Positions 56,615 to 64,000 of a stretch of DNA of 64,000 bases are shown here, piece after piece (within the stretch, counting starts at the first letter, position 1; every line of letters begins with the position of its first letter). The notes beneath the pieces are model-generated. The model made no database searches. It worked only from the letters and a program-made list of their open reading frames with translations, and was not told the origin of the DNA. The stretch covers positions 175,460,001 through 175,524,000 of the forward strand of contig OZ024741.1 of the NCBI GenBank assembly GCA_964016885.1, read 5' to 3'. The position numbers were made by a program, and so were the translations under genes. This stretch comes from Eledone cirrhosa. Taxonomy: Eukaryota.

Positions 56615-56799
56615 AAACAAGAAGGAATGCTTACTCCTTAATTATGTTTATTGGTTGGTGACGCTCGTTTCGCTATTGATCAGCTCAAGGTTCGATCTGT
56701 ATCGATCTAGCCCGACTCTGTAATCAATGGCTCGTCGGACTTCTGTGGTAGTAATGACAGAATCTCTAGCGAAAAGCGCGTCACCATCCAATAAACGTA

Positions 56800-57440
56800 A
56801 TGAGATTTGGGTCACTTACCGAAGGCATATCAAAAGGGTGGAGCACTTTCACCAACAGTGTCTTCGAGAATGGATGATGATCGAATCCCTAGGTGAGCTG
56901 GTTGAAGGTAAACGACCGACGCACAAACCAAACTTGAGGCACAGCGATTGCATTTAAAGCACACTAAGGAAGATGAAAATGCTGGAGGATGACTGGAAGA
57001 ACTTCGTTCTAGATCGACTTTTCTGGAGGAAGGCAGTGCATGATGGGAGAAGAGAATTTGAAAGAAACCGTGTTGAGCATGAACAGCTCAAGCGGTATCC
57101 TCATAAGGACCTTGACTTTGGTTTGTCTATGTATCTTGGCATATTGGTTGATTTAGCCTGTAAAATGTGTGGCCGGTCATGTCTAAGTAGTGCGTGTTTT
57201 AACGTCATCGGAGAAGCCACGCACACGGGGACACTGTAAACTGTGCATTGTATGGTATTTCTGTTTGTGCGGAATGTAGAAGAGGTTGTGCTTCAGTTAG
57301 TGGAGTGAAACGTCATTTGAAAGAGCACTAAAAGAGGACCGTGACACCTATTGCGAGAAAATCCAATTGATGCAACATCTGTGTAATAGTGTGCAAGTCC
57401 CTAGCAAAACTAAAATGTCACGTCCGTGCTGTTCATATTT
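56800..57440 (+). mobile_element. RTE/BovB-like LINE 3' remnant with C2H2 fingers
   Basis: EIWVTYRRHIKRVEHFHQQCLR, GELVEGKRP, DRLFWRKAV, then CKMCGRSC.. and two further degenerate fingers. Confidence 0.75.
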
Positions 57441-57481
57441 AAGTATCAAGCGATAGCATTACACGAAATCCGGTCGCAGCC

Positions 57482-57629
<148 letters not shown>

Positions 57630-57742
57630 ACACACACACACACACACACACACACACTACACACACACATACAGAGAGAGAGAGAGAGAGAGACGCACAC
57701 AGACACACAGACACACACACATGTATATATATATGTATACAC

Positions 57743-57804
<62 letters not shown>

Positions 57805-57808
<4 letters not shown>

Positions 57809-58089
57809 AAAGTAAGTGCTCAGGAGAAGAAAAGCTATAAAGATTGCATATAAAATAGAGTGAAGACTATGAAGAGACGGGAAAAGAATTTGCCAACGAC
57901 CGCTATGAGGAATTGAACCCCATATTTTGCAGGTACTTACATATTAAAGTGTCTAGCCGGCACCTGGAAGACATGAGTTCAATTCTTCACGGCCGTCGTT
58001 GGCCAATCTTTATCCGCCTTTTAAGGATGCTCACCCTATTTTATAAGCTATCTTTGTAGCATTTCTGCATCTGAGCAATTTCATTATAC
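57805..58089. mobile_element. Fold-back element with a tRNA-like head
   Basis: Imperfect arms of about 130 bp at 57805-57936 and 57960-58089; B-box-like GAGTTCAATTC; (TA)n flanks. Confidence 0.6.
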
Positions 58090-58105
58090 TTATATATACA
58101 TACAT

Positions 58106-58180
<75 letters not shown>

Positions 58181-58246
58181 GAAGAGAGAAGAAACATTTA
58201 GATATAATTAGTAATAAAATGTATCATACCTAAACTGCTCCTAGAT

Positions 58247-58337
58247 TCCTCGACTACGTAGTTTCGTGGCATAAACAAAAACAATACATCATAAAGATAT
58301 AGACTCCTTGCGGAGGTCTGCCGACTTATCAAGAGGA
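58247..58337 (-). ncRNA. Extended-stem-II HHR, core degenerate (island about 58178-58540)
   Basis: tcctc-TTGATAA-gtcggca..ctcc GCAA ggag..tgccac-GAAAC-tacgta-GTC-gagga. Confidence 0.7.
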
Positions 58338-58537
58338 TACCTCATTTTACTAGCCTCAAGAACGCGTCTACACGACGTGAGAAAGAATCCCAAAAGGCGG
58401 AGGGGGAGATAGTCACGCGATATAACGGTCGAGAAACAGAGCTAAGCCTCTTATAACCCCGAAGAAAATACCACGGAGACGGAGGGGGTATTTATATCGA
58501 AGCCGCAGAAGAGGTGGTGAAGGAGGCGAGAGGTATG

Positions 58538-58630
<93 letters not shown>

Positions 58631-58636
<6 letters not shown>

Positions 58637-60174
58637 CACCAATTAAACAAAGTCACAGATATATATGTGTTTTGGCAACCATTCACGATGTGGCTCAATG
58701 AAGAATTAATAAATTAAATAATCAGACCAAAATACTATAAAGTAAAGCAAGTCTATAGAATTATTTGATAATATATATACATCATTTCTTCTCCCAATTA
58801 GCATAATTAACCACACAAAAAATCAATTAGACCAGGCTATAAGATTAAAAGGCACCTATGAAGAAACAGTAAATAAATATACCATAGCAGCGTCTTCGCG
58901 GCCAACCGCTATAAAATATCTACCCAACATTTCAATAGCACGTGGAAATCAATTAATTAAATATACGGTCAACCATACACAATTATGTATAAATTAAAGT
59001 TAGAAATGTTTATATACTTACCAGGATTAAATCACTAAATCCCTACCATGGTCGTTCGTATTTTGAGATATCCTATTAAGGATAAATCTCGAGTATCGAA
59101 CTCGTCAGTGGACAAACTCGCTAGGACAGTTTGTTTCCCGAAGTGGCCCCTGCCAAACACGAATTCAAAATGGCTGAGAACTGTGACGTGGCAGTGGTCA
59201 AGTCAGAAAGAGTGTGATTGGTTGCTTACGGCGTAATTGTGTATTGTTGACCGTATATTTAATTAATTAATTTCCACGTGCTGTTGAAATGTTGGGTAGA
59301 TATTTTATAGCGGTTGGCCGCGAAGACGCTGCTATGGTATATTTATTTACTGTTTCTTCATAGGTGCCTTTTAATCTTATAGCCTGGTCTAATTGATTTT
59401 TTGTGTGGTTAATTATGCTAATTGGGAGAAGAAATGATGTATCTATATTATCAAATAATTCTATGGACTTGCTTTACTTTATAGTATTTTGGTCTGATTA
59501 TTTAATTTGTTAACTCTTCATTGGGCCACATCGTGAATGGTTACCAAAACACCTATATATCTGTGACTTTGTTTAATGGTGTATGTGTAAATATTTATAT
59601 TTAATAATCTCTCGTAAGGTTGAGACACAATTTGGGCGATATTTGGCTGAGCTTTCTAGCAACCAACCCACTCGTCGTAAGCAACCAATCACACTCCTTC
59701 TGACTTGACCACTGTCACGTCACAGTTCTCAGCCATTTTGTATTCGTGTTTGGTGGGGGCCGCTTCGGGAAAAAATCTGTCCTAGCGAGTTTGTCCACTG
59801 ACGAGTTCGATACTCGAGATTTATCCTTAATAGGATATCTCAAAATACGAACGACCATGGTAGGGATTTAGTGATTTAATCCTGGTATGTATATAAACAT
59901 TTCTAACTTTAATTTTATACATAATTGTGTATGGTTGACCGTATATTTAATTAATTAATTTCCACGTGCTATTGAAATGTTGGGTAGATATTTTATAGCG
60001 GTTGGCCGCGAAGACGCTGCTATGGTATATTTATTTACTGTTTCTTCATAGGTGCCTTTTAATCTTATAGCCTGGTCTAATTGATTTTTTGTGTGGTTAA
60101 TTATGCTAATTGGGAGAAGAAATGATGTATATATATTATCAAATAATTCTATGAACTTGCTTTACTTTATAGTA
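58631..60174. repeat. Nested inverted triplication
   Basis: 59234-59589 is the reverse complement of 58631-58985; 59678-60174 is the reverse complement of 58733-59233. Confidence 0.9.
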
Positions 60175-60210
60175 ATGTGAGAAAAACCACAGACCCTCCA
60201 TCTCAACTCA

Positions 60211-60248
60211 CCTTTTGAAAAGCAGAAGAACTGCGAAACCGGTAAAGG
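60211..60248 (+). ncRNA. Minimal HHR, core degenerate
   Basis: cctt-TTGAAAA-gcag aagaa ctgc-GAAAC-cg-GTA-aagg. Confidence 0.6.
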
Positions 60249-60317
60249 AACCAAATAAATATATATATTTTTTAGAAAAATAAGACTTCAGTTGCATTTT
60301 CGATTTCATCTCTTTTT

Positions 60318-60373
<56 letters not shown>

Positions 60374-60377
<4 letters not shown>

Positions 60378-60788
60378 GAAGACTGAGAGAAATGTGTTGT
60401 TAAACGCACGTGTCCCAGCGTCTAGCCAGTCCTATACTCGTGCCGCCAGAAATAGCAGCCGGTTTTATGGGACTAAAAAATTTAGCTCAACACATTTCGC
60501 TCAGTCTTCCTAAGTATTTTGAAGTGAAACATACCAATTTCTGGATACCTGCAGATGAACATAGAAATGGGAATTTTCACTTATTGTTGCGAAACAAATT
60601 TGAGTTTTGAAATTTAAATTTGTCCGGGTATCACGGATGTTGTCAATATAGGTTTGTTTTTATTGATTTATTATTTTAAATCGAGACAGGCAAACTGTAT
60701 TAATTTAATTAGTATTTTTCAATCTAGCTAACTAGTTCATTTGCAATACAAACACTTATATACTTGTATTAGTGTTTATCATATATTC

Positions 60789-60790
<2 letters not shown>
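60374..60790. mobile_element. Fold-back island between (TA)n tracts
   Basis: 26-bp arms at 60374-60399 and 60488-60513 (1 mismatch) plus a tail. Confidence 0.55.
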
Positions 60791-60842
<52 letters not shown>

Positions 60843-60846
<4 letters not shown>

Positions 60847-61640
60847 CATGAAATTTCGTTTCATTCTTTTCGATTTATCGTTTTCGGTGCGCCCGACCGA
60901 CTAACTCACTCGATATGCAAATTAGGCTGCTCAGCCGTTAATATGCATAAGGACAGTATATACTTTCAGACATTCAATCATTTGGCAGTATATACTTTCA
61001 GACATTCAATCATACGCTGACGATAGCTAATAAGCTTGAAACTAGTACATCGTTCCTGTGTCAGTGTTGAACAAAAAGGCGACGATGCTTGCCTGAACAC
61101 TGTACGGTGTAATTCGGACTGTTTGTTTACAAACAAACCGAACATTATAATGAATGTTCGGTAAACCCATACGTACATATATATATGTGAGCATGTATGT
61201 ATATATATATATACATACTACTGTACGTCTGTATACATATATGTATATACGTACATTATAACCGAGCATTATAATAAGAGCGGTGGTGGATTGGCAGTAT
61301 CGGTAGAGAGTCGGACGCCATGCTTTCCAGCATAGTTACGTCCCTTTACGGTCTGAGTTCAAATCCCGCCGAGGTTTACTTTGCCTTTCATCCTTACGGG
61401 GTCGATAAAATAAAGTACCAGTAATGCACTGGTTAAAATGCTGGCCTTGTGCCTAAAGTAGAAACAATTATATTAAGTGTTCGGTAACCGATACGTGCAT
61501 ATATATATGTGTGCATGTATGTATATATATACATACTACTGTACGTCTGTATACATATATGTATGTACGTATACATACATACATACTTACATTTAAGTAA
61601 CTGCCGCACTAAGAGTGAGAAATGAAATTTCGTTTCATTC
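60843..61640 (+). mobile_element. HHR element family F4 with terminal direct repeat; contains a SINE A insertion at 61280-61468
   Basis: GAGA(C/A)ATGAAATTTCGTTTCATTC at 60843-60866 and 61617-61640; (TA)n flanks. Confidence 0.75.
61014..61050 (+). ncRNA. Minimal type I HHR, intact core
   Basis: acg-CTGACGA-tagct aata agctt-GAAAC-ta-GTA-cat. Confidence 0.8.
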
Positions 61641-61649
61641 TATTCCATA

Positions 61650-61683
<34 letters not shown>

Positions 61684-61725
61684 AATATATAAATATGCAT
61701 ATATATATATATATATATATAAATA

Positions 61726-61790
<65 letters not shown>

Positions 61791-61795
61791 ACATA

Positions 61796-61865
<70 letters not shown>

Positions 61866-61883
61866 TATGTGAGTATATATATA

Positions 61884-61925
<42 letters not shown>

Positions 61926-62135
61926 ATATATGCATATACAAACATGTATGCATGCATACATATATTCAAATACAACTAATTTAATTAAATTAATACAGGC
62001 GAAATATTTTGTTCGCCTCATTCTGCCGGAATGTTATGTTCAAACGCAACTGTTTTTTTACATATTTATATTGATTGAGAAATATTCAGTAATTTGTTTT
62101 GTGGAACATTCTACACTTTATTATTCTCATTGTTA

Positions 62136-62189
<54 letters not shown>

Positions 62190-62372
62190 TTGGCAGTATC
62201 GGTAGTAGAGGGTCGGACGCCATACTTTGACGCATAGAGTTACGGCTCTTGCCATTCTTGAGTTCAAATCCCGCCGAGGTTAACTTTGCCTTTCATCCTT
62301 ACCGGGTCGATAAAATAAAGTACCAGTAATGCATTGGGATAATTGCTGGCCTTGTGCCAAAAGTAGAAACAA
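62190..62372 (+). mobile_element. SINE family A
   Basis: Near-consensus copy between (ATT)n runs. Confidence 0.9.
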
Positions 62373-62427
62373 TTATTATTATTATTATTATTATCGTTGT
62401 TGTTGTTGCTATTGTTGTTGTTGGTTT

Positions 62428-62483
<56 letters not shown>

Positions 62484-62546
62484 GTACTACTACTTCTACT
62501 ACTACTATTACTGCTGCTGCTGCTGCTGCTCCTACTACTACTACTG

Positions 62547-62632
<86 letters not shown>

Positions 62633-62657
62633 ACTACTACTGCTGCTGCTGCTGCTG

Positions 62658-62738
<81 letters not shown>

Positions 62739-62745
62739 TTATTAT
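62373..62745. repeat. Compound (ATT)/(GTT)/(TAC)/(TGC) trinucleotide repeat
   Basis: Direct periodicity. Confidence 0.95.
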
Positions 62746-62747
62746 TT

Positions 62748-64000
62748 ATGCAAACGATGACGGTGTTCTTTCGATGCATTTCGGTGCAGACACGAAAAGT
62801 GGAACATGCCAGCCAAGCAGAGGTCGAGGCTGCTTTGGAGTACATCGGAAGTAACATAGAGTAGAAAGCAAGAGGCAAACAGTTCGGTACCATCTCGGTA
62901 GTGTTCAAAACCGAGGCCCTCGCTATTAAGCACTCGGTGACCCCTTGCAGAACGGAACGCATTATCACGCAGCCGTCCTACATGGGTAAAAGGACAGTAA
63001 AGGTACGCATTCCCAGCATCCCACCAGGAATGAACACATGATGGCAGATAGGATGCGTAATCGAGGAGGGGACAGACACTACCCTCCTGGATATCAAAAG
63101 GACAGAGACAGAGGACTGGTCCGGAATGGATTTAGAGATTCTTCTCCAAATGAAACCGGAGGACATGAACAACATCCCGGATTTTGCCCGCCTGCAGGAC
63201 GGGACAACAATCCAACTAATCATTGACGGAAGAAGGCCACGCTGCTTCGTCTGCGGAGAAGCAACGCATCTGCAAGCCTTCTGCCCTCAGCGCAAAAATG
63301 CAGGGGGTCGCAAACCTCCTTTGTTGCCAACGCGAGTGTCAGCACGGAAAGCTGCACCACCACCACCACCACCAAAAACAACACCAACAAAAACACGGTC
63401 ACCAACATCAAAAACAGCCGGATCACCACCAACACCAAAACCAATCCAAGGGGAAAACGAGGAAAGCTCTCCTACTCCCCCTACCCCTCCCCAATTATAC
63501 ACATAGACAAAACAATAAACGCACACGCAGACACAGAGACACTCACAGCCAGAGACCCTTTGTCTTCCAGCAGCGAAGATGAAGGAAAACAAGTGCAAAA
63601 AAACCAGAAAACTCACAAAAAAGCCCCAACAAAACACAAAAACATACACAACAAAAACTACAGACACCACTAACGCAAACACTTCCCCAATAACATCATC
63701 ACCAACAGCAACATCGACACCACCGCCACAATCCCCGAAACGCAAACAACCTAAACAAACACAGGTACAAATAAACACACAAATACCTGAAATTGCAGAC
63801 ACCACACCTACAACAAACACAGATATACCCGAAACAACACCACCAAAACCATCACCACCACAGTCACCAAAACGAAAACAAATAAAACCACACCAACAAA
63901 ATGTCAAAAACTTCGTGCTTGTCAGAAGGGCCAACGATAAACTGATGGCCCTCTTAGCACGAAGCGAGGACATTCAAACAGAGGGGGTGATTTTGAAATG
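62748..64000 (+). pseudogene. Tx1/L1-like LINE ORF1 (gag-like) remnant running off the window
   Basis: RRM-like segment (YMGKRTVKVRIPSIPP), CCHC knuckle CFVCGEATHLQAFC, Pro/Thr/Lys-rich tail; stops and frameshifts. Confidence 0.7.

Noticed and set aside
59795-59842. CTGACGA..GAGA motif in the inverted triplication as an HHR
   Set aside because: GAGA instead of GAAA, wrong stem II register and no stem I; better explained as two simple hairpins

Overview
AT-rich, repeat-dominated animal genomic DNA. The SINE families and the very dense (TA)n/(CA)n/(TAC)n microsatellites suggest an octopus or other coleoid cephalopod (inference). No intact cellular gene is recognisable, and most ORFs in the track are microsatellite artefacts. 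Contents: four Penelope-like retroelements (PLEs) with RT and/or GIY-YIG remnants (3.3-5.6, 5.9-10.1, 36.1-38.5 and 48.4-51.0 kb); over 20 tRNA-derived SINE copies from at least two families; RTE, CRE-like and Tx1/L1-like LINE fragments; a Tigger/pogo transposase relic; three MITE families; a 32-bp minisatellite. The main unexplained signal is about 20 type-I hammerhead ribozyme (HHR) motifs from over a dozen unrelated sequence families. Most sit in short non-coding elements embedded in (TA)n tracts, either as fold-back palindromes or as circularly permuted, retrozyme-like units of about 470-490 nt. Several carry a 55-85 nt insertion in stem II, five carry a CCGA instead of CUGA core, and three families share a small downstream ACTCTRCT...GAGTRC motif. 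All structures and translations were read by eye, and boundaries of degraded repeats are approximate.
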